64,000 bases of DNA from Candidatus Omnitrophota bacterium (GTDB lineage Bacteria > Omnitrophota > Omnitrophia > Omnitrophales > Aquincolibacteriaceae), in NCBI GenBank assembly GCA_043821445.1, contig JBDRCT010000013.1, positions 82,149 to 146,148 of the forward strand, read 5' to 3'. Both the position numbers and the translations under genes were made by a program. The notes beneath the pieces were generated by a model. That model was not told the DNA's origin and searched no databases. It worked only from the letters and a program-made list of their open reading frames with translations. How positions within the stretch are numbered: the stretch's first letter is position 1; every line of letters begins with the position of its first letter. This document shows, in pieces, positions 27,801-35,379 of this stretch.

Positions 27801-28064
27801 GATGTACTCCACGCCCGGGATCTCCCAAAGTTTCCGTTCCCCGAGATTCACGATCCTTTGCTCGACTTCTTTGGAATCCGCGCCGGGATAAGAGACGAAA
27901 ATATCGAACATCGGCACCGAGATCTGGGGTTCTTCTTCGCGGGGAAGGTTCATGACCGCAAAAAGTCCGATGATGAACGACGCCGCGATAATCAGCGGTG
28001 TGATCTTCGACTTCGCGAAGTAGCTGACAGTACTGCTGATCAAGTCGGAGTGGTGGGTTTTCAT
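24825..28064 (-). CDS. RND efflux transporter permease (AcrB/CzcA superfamily)
   Basis: 1079 aa, 12-TM RND architecture. Confidence 0.9.
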   Translation of the reverse strand: MKTHHSDLISSTVSYFAKSKITPLIIAASFIIGLFAVMNLPREEEPQISVPMFDIFVSYPGADSKEVEQRIVNLGERKLWEIPGVEYIYSTIEPEGALIIVRFKVGEDVERSLIKLYTKVHSNLDFLPEGATQPLIKVRSIDDVPILTLTFHSEKQDPMALRRTVAHLQNIVNAIPEVSRTHITGGRKRQFQVFFDEEELKARLLNPLEIGQLIRAANVKQNAGHLESEPALESVEANSFFKTKSDLENLVVGVNAGNIVMLKDIAQIVDGPDQEERSTQILFGPAAKDQKKGPFDAVTLAISKRKGANAAHLSDVILHTIKKIPEAVIPKDVQMTVTRDYGETAKEKSNELLFHMGIAVFGVSLLIAWALGSREAGVVAIAIPMTLALTLATFYFLGFTLNRITLFALIFSIGILVDDPIVDVENIVRHLRMPENKGKNILDVTIEAVNEVRSPLILATLTVIAAILPMAFVRGLMGPYMRPIPIGASAAMMFSMFVAFVATPWAAYQILGRAFAQGKLKVHHEGEKEDFLTRLYRSYMNPLIHNPKIRKKFLWALGILLLAVVMLVPLKLVRMKMLPFDNKNEFQVVLNMPEGTPKARTQAAITEIADYLVTVPEVKDIEMYVGTAAPYNFNGLVRHYFLRSKPHQADLQVNLAGKHDRKRQSHDIAKAVRPKVHEIVKKYGGHVQVAEVPPGPPVLSTLVLEVYGPTQEGQNELTGRIEKMLSEDKDITDIDTYVQAEEKLASLKVNTQKASLNGIPVTHIAEAITTAIGGKAVDLAHLSGEYEPVEILVRLPEEKRKTLDAVLNMTLLSRYGSPIPIKDLVEIQDRFKDRAIYHKNLMRVSYVIADVGGKFESPAYAILKLKKNIAKMPAPENHEGQKTLDQLFNGQPSATDRWTLKWDGEWQITFEVFRDLGIAFAFVLLLIYVLVVGWFQSFKTPWIIMLPIPLTLIGILPAHWLGGVFFTATSMIGMIAGAGIVVRNSIILVDFIELKRADGMPLEEAVIEAGVQRFRPMLLTAAAVVVGASVILFDPIFQGLAVALMAGEIASTLLSRTAVPVFYYMMAKKSATLNGQRTT

Positions 28065-29464
28065 GACGCCCTTCCCTTCAAGCGGGTATTTACTAAGCGG
28101 ATCCCGTTCTCATCCAGCTGACCGGAAAGAAAAAGCAGCTTTGCGTATTCCACTTCTAAGCCGAAAAGAACCTGTGTAAGTTCTGTCATTGTGGAAAGAT
28201 AAGCACGGCGCATTTCGAGAAGATTCGCGATGGATTTGCGCCCTTCTTGATAGAGTTTGGCGGTAAGATTGCTCGCCTGTTCGGCGTCCTTCGAAGCTTG
28301 TTTCAGCACCGGAAGGTCCATGATGACGGTTTCAAACCGTGTCAACTCACCGGCGAGCCCTTTGGCGATCTCATCACGCAGAGCCTGCCGGTCCGCTTTC
28401 AATTCTTCATAACGATGTTTGGCTCCCTTAATACGGCCGGGAAGGGTCGGATCAAAAAGGTCCATGGTCCCTTTGAACCCCACCGAAAAATCCTGACCGC
28501 CTGTATGCCAATCCGGGGTATGTTCATTAAGGCTCCCAAAACCATAAAACTTCGGGAGAAAAGAAGTCTTCTGCCGAAGGGTTTCAATGCGCTGAGCGTC
28601 GATCATTTGATCCATGGCCGCAAGGTCCTTGCGCTCCTGATAAGCCTTCGCGATCCAGGCCCGAACCTCGCCTTTGTCCTGCACATACTCCGGCAATTTC
28701 CCAGCCGGCTCCCAAATCATTTCCAGGTCTTCGCCCATAAGAATATTCATGAGCATTCTGGAGCTTTTCAACATCGCCTGAGCCCTGTTCCTTTCGCGTT
28801 CGATCCCGGCCGCGATGACCTTTGCGGCATAAAAATCCGCTCCCAAGATCAGGCCTTTCTGATTCAGGTCCTCGGCTTGCTTAAGATCCTTGTCGCTTTG
28901 ATCTTTCATAGCGGCAGTCACTGTAAGAATTTCTTTCGCAAGCAAAATACCCAGGTAGCTCTCAAGCGTCACGATCCCGGCTTCCATCTCAGTAAAATCC
29001 GCTTCGAGGTCCGCGCTTTTGACGAGCCGGCGCGCGGAACGGATCTTGGAGATCGTGTTGAAGGAATCAAAAAGCAGCATCTCCCCTTGCAGCCCGAAGT
29101 GATAGTCCGTGCGGTGGCGAGGATTGTTGAGCTCGCTTAACACAAAATCGTTTTGTGTGAATTTGTTCTGCTGCAGGAGCATGCCAAACACGCCGACCGG
29201 ATCATTGGTGGTCGTCATGGACGCCACGCCTTGGATGTGAGGAAAAAGATCGGCGATGGCAATGTTCCGACCTGCCTTCGCTTGTTCAAGTTGTTCGTAT
29301 CTTTTCTTTAAGGCGGGATAATGCGCCAAAACCTTCCCGTAACAGTCGAGAAAGGTCAGAGCCTCGAACCCCGCCTGCTGCGTCGGCAACCCGGTCTCCT
29401 GCGCAGACACGACCGGAATGGTCAAAAAACAGAGCGCCAAAAAAAAGATGGGTATTTTTTTCAT
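28061..29464 (-). CDS. Outer membrane efflux protein (TolC-like OMF)
   Basis: Signal peptide MKKIPIFFLALCFLTIPVVSA, two OEP repeats; stop overlaps RND start; no periplasmic adaptor gene adjacent. Confidence 0.8.
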   Translation of the reverse strand: MKKIPIFFLALCFLTIPVVSAQETGLPTQQAGFEALTFLDCYGKVLAHYPALKKRYEQLEQAKAGRNIAIADLFPHIQGVASMTTTNDPVGVFGMLLQQNKFTQNDFVLSELNNPRHRTDYHFGLQGEMLLFDSFNTISKIRSARRLVKSADLEADFTEMEAGIVTLESYLGILLAKEILTVTAAMKDQSDKDLKQAEDLNQKGLILGADFYAAKVIAAGIERERNRAQAMLKSSRMLMNILMGEDLEMIWEPAGKLPEYVQDKGEVRAWIAKAYQERKDLAAMDQMIDAQRIETLRQKTSFLPKFYGFGSLNEHTPDWHTGGQDFSVGFKGTMDLFDPTLPGRIKGAKHRYEELKADRQALRDEIAKGLAGELTRFETVIMDLPVLKQASKDAEQASNLTAKLYQEGRKSIANLLEMRRAYLSTMTELTQVLFGLEVEYAKLLFLSGQLDENGIRLVNTRLKGRAS

Positions 29465-29496
29465 AACATTAACTTTCATTTTAGAAGAAATACTCT

Positions 29497-30543
29497 TCAG
29501 TTGCCATAGTATTTCCGTTTGAACCAAAGCGCCACACTCACGAGGCCGATCAGTACCGGCACTTCCACGAGTGGGCCGATCACCGCTGCGAACGCGACCC
29601 CGGAGTGGATGCCGAACACCGCGACCGCTACCGCGATAGCAAGCTCGAAATTGTTGCTTGCGGCGGTAAAGGACAGCGTGGCAGACTGGCCGTAAGAAGC
29701 GCCTATTTTTTTACTCATAAAAAAAGAGATCAAGAACATGACGACGAAATAAACGAGGAGCGGAATTGCGATCCGCACGACATCCATCGGGATCTTCACG
29801 ATATATTCCCCTTTCATGGAGAACATTACGGCGATCGTAAATAAAAGCGCGGCAAGCGTGATGGGGCTGATCGCCGGAATAAATCTTGTCTCATACCAGG
29901 TTTTGTCTTTGATCTTGAGAAGGACGAATCGCGTCAGCATCCCTGCAAGAAATGGGATGCCGAGATAGATAAAAACGCTTTTGGCGATTTGACCGATTGT
30001 GATGTCCACCACCGCACCGTGCAAACCGAACCAGCGCGGCAGGACCGTGATGAAGACCCATGCGTAAAGGGAGAAAAAAAGCACCTGGAAGATCGAGTTG
30101 AACGCCACGAGCCCCGCACAGTATTCCGTATCCCCTTCGGCCAAGTCGTTCCAGACAATGACCATCGCAATGCAGCGAGCGAGGCCGATCATGATGAGCC
30201 CGATCATGTATTCCGGATAGCCGCGCAGAAACGTGATCGCCAGCACGAACATCAAAATGGGACCGATCACCCAGTTCTGGACGAGGGACAGCAGCAGGAC
30301 TTTCGTGTTCTTGAACACATCACCGAGCTCTTCATATTTCACTTTGGCGAGAGGAGGATACATCATCAAAATGAGCCCTATGGCGATCGGAATATTGGTC
30401 GTGCCCACCTGGAACTTGTTCCAGAATCCCACGACCGGCGGATAAAGATACCCCGCCGCGACACCGATCCCCATGCTGAGAAAGATCCAAAGTGTCAAAA
30501 ACCGGTCTAAAAATGACAGCTGCTTCTTATGACATTCGCTCAT
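29497..30543 (-). CDS. acr3: Arsenite efflux transporter, ACR3 family
   Basis: [13 protein letters not shown]...; 10-TM Acr3; start MSECHKK (30543). Confidence 0.85.
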   Translation of the reverse strand: MSECHKKQLSFLDRFLTLWIFLSMGIGVAAGYLYPPVVGFWNKFQVGTTNIPIAIGLILMMYPPLAKVKYEELGDVFKNTKVLLLSLVQNWVIGPILMFVLAITFLRGYPEYMIGLIMIGLARCIAMVIVWNDLAEGDTEYCAGLVAFNSIFQVLFFSLYAWVFITVLPRWFGLHGAVVDITIGQIAKSVFIYLGIPFLAGMLTRFVLLKIKDKTWYETRFIPAISPITLAALLFTIAVMFSMKGEYIVKIPMDVVRIAIPLLVYFVVMFLISFFMSKKIGASYGQSATLSFTAASNNFELAIAVAVAVFGIHSGVAFAAVIGPLVEVPVLIGLVSVALWFKRKYYGN

Positions 30544-31238
30544 AAGTTCCCTCCTTGGAGCCAATAAGCCCAGACGTAATAAATACCCGCGCCGATGAAG
30601 ATCACGCCTGTCATCTTGCGCGTATAAAGTTCGATCTTGGTCAACCTGTGGAACCAATGGCTCAAAGATGTCACGCCAAGAGCTATCGCCACGGCAAACG
30701 CCAACACAGGCAGGCCGGTGCCAATTCCATAAATGAACGGCAGGAGTGCGCCCACCGGATGATTAAGCGCCAAAGGAATGAGACTTCCGAAAAAAAGCGC
30801 CGCAGACACGGGACAGAACGCGAGAGCGAAAATAAAACCGAGCAGAAAAGCTCCAGGCGCACCGGACTCGGCGAGTTTATTGTGATGCTTTTGGGAAAGA
30901 GAAAGGCCGGGCAAGCGGACAGTCATGATCTCAAGAAGCAGCAATCCCGTTACGATCAAAAGCGGTCCTAGCACCTTCCCCATGTATCTCTGGAGAAATA
31001 GAGCGGTCTGCGGGACGCTCACAAGAGAATGTATAATGATCCATCCCAGGACGGCGTAGGAGACCACTCTTCCGAACGTATACGCCAAACCCGAAATGAA
31101 AACGGCAGCCGGATGCGCGATCTTTTTTGACAGAAAAGAGACCGCCGCGATGTTCGAGGCCAAAGGACAGGGACTGATCGAGGTTAGAATCCCCAGCCAA
31201 AGCGCAGAAAACCAGCCGACCCAGAATTGATCCATCAC
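30540..31238 (-). CDS. Cytochrome c biogenesis CcdA / DsbD transmembrane-domain protein
   Basis: [12 protein letters not shown] ... [12 protein letters not shown] (paired TM Cys). Confidence 0.75.
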   Translation of the reverse strand: MMDQFWVGWFSALWLGILTSISPCPLASNIAAVSFLSKKIAHPAAVFISGLAYTFGRVVSYAVLGWIIIHSLVSVPQTALFLQRYMGKVLGPLLIVTGLLLLEIMTVRLPGLSLSQKHHNKLAESGAPGAFLLGFIFALAFCPVSAALFFGSLIPLALNHPVGALLPFIYGIGTGLPVLAFAVAIALGVTSLSHWFHRLTKIELYTRKMTGVIFIGAGIYYVWAYWLQGGNL

Positions 31239-31669
31239 GCCTCCTTCAGGAAGGCGGCGACTTCATCCCGCACATAATTCTCGTACCGGTCTTTATTGCG
31301 AACATATTCCCAGATCTTGTCGAGGTTCTTGGAACGGATTTCTTTGCCATCTTTTGTGAGAGAGAGAATAACGGATTTGGTGTAGAGCTGATAATCCTTC
31401 GCAAAATGCTCGTTGCCCTTACTCTCGACATTCACGACCCTAAACGCGAGCTTCCCGGAAGCCAAAGCTTCCTTAAAATTACTCTCAATGGCCTCTTGGG
31501 CATACTGCTCCAATTTTTTGCAAGTCGGACAACGAAAAGTTCCGTGAAAATAATAAGCTGTGACAACACCGCCTGCGGACACTTCCTCGGCCATGACAGG
31601 AGAAGTCCCGAAGCATAAATGACTTGCCAGTGCAACAGCTATCAGCAAAAGGAGAGTGTGTTTTTTCAT
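31235..31669 (-). CDS. Secreted thioredoxin-like protein
   Basis: Signal peptide, CPTC motif. Confidence 0.6.
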   Translation of the reverse strand: MKKHTLLLLIAVALASHLCFGTSPVMAEEVSAGGVVTAYYFHGTFRCPTCKKLEQYAQEAIESNFKEALASGKLAFRVVNVESKGNEHFAKDYQLYTKSVILSLTKDGKEIRSKNLDKIWEYVRNKDRYENYVRDEVAAFLKEA

Positions 31670-31678
31670 GGGTCCCTT

Positions 31679-31912
31679 TTATTTCGCAAGGATCTTTTTG
31701 ATCTCGTTTGTGTTTAACAGCTTTCCCGTCGAAACCACCGTGCCGTCGACCACCACGGCAGGAGTCATCATTACGCCATAGCCGGTAATCGCATCGATGT
31801 CTGTCACCTTAACGATCTCAGCCTGAATGTTAAGCTCCTTAACCGCCGCTTCCGCGTTCGCGGTAAGTTGTTCGCATTTCGGACAACCTGTTCCAAGAAT
31901 TTCTATTTTCAC
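31679..31912 (-). CDS. Small thioredoxin-fold redox-active disulfide protein
   Basis: MKIEILGTGCPKCEQL...; 77 aa, common in ars operons. Confidence 0.7.
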   Translation of the reverse strand: MKIEILGTGCPKCEQLTANAEAAVKELNIQAEIVKVTDIDAITGYGVMMTPAVVVDGTVVSTGKLLNTNEIKKILAK

Positions 31913-32712
31913 AGCCCACCTCCGGTGTTTTTTTCTTTTACAGCTGAAACTTTGATGCTAGCTACTGTGCCTTCAGCATTTCTGAGATCTTCGAACATCG
32001 TATCCACGGGATAACTTGCTTCGCTGATCACCTTAACATTCTGGAATCCCGCCACTTCGATGCACCTCAAATATTGATCCTTTTTGATCGCCCCGGCAAG
32101 GCACCCTACATAAGCATTGATCGATTCTTTCAGAGCCTTCGGCAGTTCCCGAGTCAGCACCAGATCGGAAACCATCAGCCTACCCCCGGGTTTTAACACC
32201 CTAAAAGCCTCTTTAAAGACTTTCTCTTTTTCCGGAGAGAGGTTAATGACGCAATTGGAGATAATGAGATCCACGGACTGATCTTCAACGGGAAGCACTT
32301 CGATCTCGCCCAAACGGAACTCCACGTTCTCATACTCCCCTTTCCCGGCATTTTCTTTGGCCTTCGCAATCATTTCGGGCGTCATATCAACACCGATCAC
32401 GCGGCCGGCTTTACCGACCTTCTTCGCCGCAAGAAAAACATCGAATCCGGCCCCACAACCAAGATCCAGCACCACATCGCCCTCTTTAATAGCCGCAAAA
32501 GCTACGGGATTGCCGCACCCGAATCCCAAATTCGCGCCTTTGGGAACCGCATTTATGTCTGTATCGCTATACCCGATCTTTTCGCTTATCGCCTTTGCCT
32601 GACTTACGTTTCCGCAGCACGAACCGGACGAACAACACCCGATATGCTGTTCAAGAGCCTTGGCATAACCCTTGCGGACTATTTTTTTTATTTTGTCAGT
32701 GCTTTTTCCCAT
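31909..32712 (-). CDS. arsM: Arsenite S-adenosylmethionine methyltransferase ArsM
   Basis: N-terminal CC/CC Cys pairs (IGCCSSGSCCG), SAM motif VLDLGCGAGFD, C-terminal Cys. Confidence 0.8.
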   Translation of the reverse strand: MGKSTDKIKKIVRKGYAKALEQHIGCCSSGSCCGNVSQAKAISEKIGYSDTDINAVPKGANLGFGCGNPVAFAAIKEGDVVLDLGCGAGFDVFLAAKKVGKAGRVIGVDMTPEMIAKAKENAGKGEYENVEFRLGEIEVLPVEDQSVDLIISNCVINLSPEKEKVFKEAFRVLKPGGRLMVSDLVLTRELPKALKESINAYVGCLAGAIKKDQYLRCIEVAGFQNVKVISEASYPVDTMFEDLRNAEGTVASIKVSAVKEKNTGGGL

Positions 32713-32721
32713 AGTTTTCTC

Positions 32722-33894
32722 CTAAATAACAATAGCGCCGAAAATCATGCCGCTAATCGTTGCCATCACTACGACGAGACAGACATAAACGGCGGTCTTT
32801 TTGGTTCCGATCACACTGCGAATCACGAGCATGCTGGGAAGGCTCAACGCAGGCCCCGCAAGAAGAAGCGCCAATGCGGGACCTTTCCCCATTCCGGAAC
32901 CGATGAGACCTTGGAGAATAGGCACTTCGGTCAGCGTGGCGAAATACATGAACGCCGCGACGATGGATGAAAAGAAATTGGCTCTCAAGGAGTTTCCGCC
33001 CACCAGGGCCGCTACATATTTCGAGGGAATGACACCTTCGTGCCCCACCCGCCCAAGCAAGAAACCGGAGATCAGGACACCTCCCAAAAGAAGCGGTAGA
33101 ATTTGAAGCGCGAAAGTCCAGGAGGCAGAGGTCCATTCCTTCAGTTCTTCTTTTTCGAACCACTTAATGAGCATGATCGCAAGCACGGCCAGGGAAATCC
33201 CGGAGATCCACCACCTATATTGGTAGATCAGGGCCCACGTTCCATGATCTCCTTCAAGGGGCTTGCCCCAATTCGCAAAAACAAGAAACGCGATCATCGA
33301 AAAAAAATAAAGGACCGTTTTGCCTAAGGACCGTGTTTCTTTGACCTCTCCTACATTAAAATCACCGCTTACCTGACGCGCTTGTTCTTCTTTGAGAAAG
33401 ATAAAATGCATCAAGAGCCCGATCACGACGCTAAAGATCACAGCCCCCACAGCTCTTGCCAATCCGAGCTGCCAGCCGAGAATACGGGCTGTCAGGATGA
33501 TCGCAAGAACGTTGATGGCAGGACCCGAATAAAGAAAGGCTATCGCCGGGCCGAGGCCCGATCCCCTTTTATAGATCCCCGAAAAAAGCGGCAGAACGGT
33601 GCAAGAACAGACGGCCAAGATCGTTCCCGAAACCGAGGCAACGCTGTAAGAAAGAAATTTATTGGCTTTGGCTCCGAAGCATTTCATGACGGATGCTTGG
33701 CTGACGAACACAGAAATGGCACCGGCAATAAAAAACGCCGGAACAAGGCAAAGGATCACGTGCTCACGAGCATACCATTTGACAAGAGCGAGAGCTTCAA
33801 AGATAGCGTTCGTGAAACGAAGATTTTCGACCGGAAGATAAAAACACGCTAAAAATCCTGCTAAGACATAAAGAACTTTTTTCCATTCATTCAT
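32722..33894 (-). CDS. arsP: DUF318-type permease, ArsP-like (organoarsenical efflux)
   Basis: Two-repeat permease; AVCSCTVLP resembles the ArsP TPFCSC motif; ars context. Confidence 0.6.
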   Translation of the reverse strand: MNEWKKVLYVLAGFLACFYLPVENLRFTNAIFEALALVKWYAREHVILCLVPAFFIAGAISVFVSQASVMKCFGAKANKFLSYSVASVSGTILAVCSCTVLPLFSGIYKRGSGLGPAIAFLYSGPAINVLAIILTARILGWQLGLARAVGAVIFSVVIGLLMHFIFLKEEQARQVSGDFNVGEVKETRSLGKTVLYFFSMIAFLVFANWGKPLEGDHGTWALIYQYRWWISGISLAVLAIMLIKWFEKEELKEWTSASWTFALQILPLLLGGVLISGFLLGRVGHEGVIPSKYVAALVGGNSLRANFFSSIVAAFMYFATLTEVPILQGLIGSGMGKGPALALLLAGPALSLPSMLVIRSVIGTKKTAVYVCLVVVMATISGMIFGAIVI

Positions 33895-34196
33895 GATTTA
33901 CTCCTTCGAACGGCCTGGCAGCAGCCCCCTTCGATTTTAATGCCATGGTGGTGGACAAGGGCGTTCGCGATTTTTTTTCGAGCTGCGGTCAGAATGCGGG
34001 AAACTGTGGAGCGATGCACTTTCATTTTCCGGGCGGCGGCGTCCTGCTCAAGACGCTTACCATCGCAAAGCCACAGGGCCTCAAGTTCATCCAAAGTGAT
34101 CTTCGTTACAATAATATCCTTGCATGGAACATGGACCGGGCGGAAACACCGGTCCCCCGGCTTACAGCCAACGTATCTTGTTTTCTTAGGACGCAT
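33891..34196 (-). CDS. DUF134 (UPF0251) predicted DNA-binding protein, paralog 1; first gene of the ars/efflux operon
   Basis: MRPKKTRYVGCKPGDRCFRPVHVPC...LDELEALWLCDGKRLEQDAAARKMKVHRSTVSRILTAARKKIANAL; Cys-rich N-term + sigma-r4-like HTH. Confidence 0.8.
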   Translation of the reverse strand: MRPKKTRYVGCKPGDRCFRPVHVPCKDIIVTKITLDELEALWLCDGKRLEQDAAARKMKVHRSTVSRILTAARKKIANALVHHHGIKIEGGCCQAVRRSKS

Positions 34197-34208
34197 AGAA
34201 CACCTTAG

Positions 34209-34228
34209 TTATGCACATATGTGCATAA
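34209..34228. promoter_or_regulatory. Perfect 20-nt palindrome TTATGCACATATGTGCATAA 13 nt upstream of the DUF134-1 start (candidate operator)
   Basis: 15/20 positions identical to the palindrome upstream of DUF134-2 (38366-38385); consensus TTATnnnCATATGnnnATAA. Confidence 0.5.
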
Positions 34229-34273
34229 TACAAGGGCAAGATGATTTGTCAAATATTTTTGAAATTTAAAAGG

Positions 34274-35188
34274 TCAGGTTAGGAATGCGACGCTGAAAAT
34301 GCCGGATGTGGTCTGGGTCTTGTTGCTCCCAAGAACATCCTGCTGGACGCCCAGTTCAAACCGCAAATGATCGCCCAGTGGCATAATGACGCCCAGCACC
34401 AAGCTCACCAGATTGGCGGTCTGTCCTTGCCCTGCGAAATCGTGCAGATAGATCAATTCGGCTTCCGGCTGCAACCACCAGAACACCTGATAGCCTGCCG
34501 CGAAATTCGCGTGTGCCGTCCCATAATAATGATTCGTCCGCTCCCAATGCGCGAGCGGAGCATTGTAACCCAGATTCACGGTCCCGTTCCACCGGCCGAT
34601 GTCTTTGGTGAACGCGAAGGAGTTATCCAGGCTGGTGTAACCCTGGCTGGCGCCGAGGTGATCGAGATTGCTGCGCCGTCCGGTGGGAATGAAGATCGTG
34701 GGCATATACGCGATCTCGAGTTTCTTCTCTGCGGAATCATAGAAACGCCACTTGCCAGCCACGCCGAGATCGCCCCAGCCGAACCCGTGCGAAGGCCCCT
34801 CGGTCTCATCTTCCAGTCTCTCCCCCGTATCCGGGTCCGACAGATCCCTGAACTCATCATAGTTGTTCTCTTTGTCCAAAGTATGCTGGAACCAATTGAT
34901 GATCCCGACATCGATATCTTTATAGACCCCGACCGTTACCTGGCTTTCCCATACCTGGGCCAGATAAGTTCCCCGGTTCTCTCTCGCGCCGTTCGACTTC
35001 CAGGCGAATTTGCCTCCCTGGAGCACATAAGAGCCCCACACCTCGACTTGCCCGGGATCATTTGGCGTGGCATCCGTGGTCACGACTTTGGAATGTTCCT
35101 CGATCGCCAGATTGTCCGCAACGTGCGTCGCGTAAAGAGGGCTTGAAACGGTAAGCAGCAAGCATAGAAAAAGAAGGTTTCGCGTCAT
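34274..35188 (-). CDS. Outer-membrane beta-barrel-like protein, paralog 1 (last gene of the fur-feoAB operon)
   Basis: Signal peptide MTRNLLFLCLLLTVSSPLYA, conserved TGRRSNLDHLG, C-terminal ...SVAFLT; 48% identical paralog at 41570-42511. Confidence 0.55.
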   Translation of the reverse strand: MTRNLLFLCLLLTVSSPLYATHVADNLAIEEHSKVVTTDATPNDPGQVEVWGSYVLQGGKFAWKSNGARENRGTYLAQVWESQVTVGVYKDIDVGIINWFQHTLDKENNYDEFRDLSDPDTGERLEDETEGPSHGFGWGDLGVAGKWRFYDSAEKKLEIAYMPTIFIPTGRRSNLDHLGASQGYTSLDNSFAFTKDIGRWNGTVNLGYNAPLAHWERTNHYYGTAHANFAAGYQVFWWLQPEAELIYLHDFAGQGQTANLVSLVLGVIMPLGDHLRFELGVQQDVLGSNKTQTTSGIFSVAFLT

Positions 35189-35358
35189 GTTTTTTCCTCC
35201 GGTTTTGAGGTGCTGTCTTTTTTTTCTAATTTTTGCCTGCCCGCGGGCAGGCAATCGGGGCCGCAGCGCCCTCCGCCCTTTTTGCCAAAAAAACAACGTA
35301 GCGCAAGAAGAGCCGCCAATGCCACAACGCTTAATGCAATGGTCTCATTAGTTTCCAT
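35185..35358 (-). CDS. FeoB-associated Cys-rich small membrane protein (57 aa; not in ORF track)
   Basis: METNETIALSVVALAALLALRCFFGKKGGGRCGPDCLPAGRQ...; one TM + Cys cluster; AGAGGA SD; TGA overlaps barrel ATG. Confidence 0.45.
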   Translation of the reverse strand: METNETIALSVVALAALLALRCFFGKKGGGRCGPDCLPAGRQKLEKKDSTSKPEEKT

Positions 35359-35379
35359 AGTTGTCCTCTTTTCTGTTTA

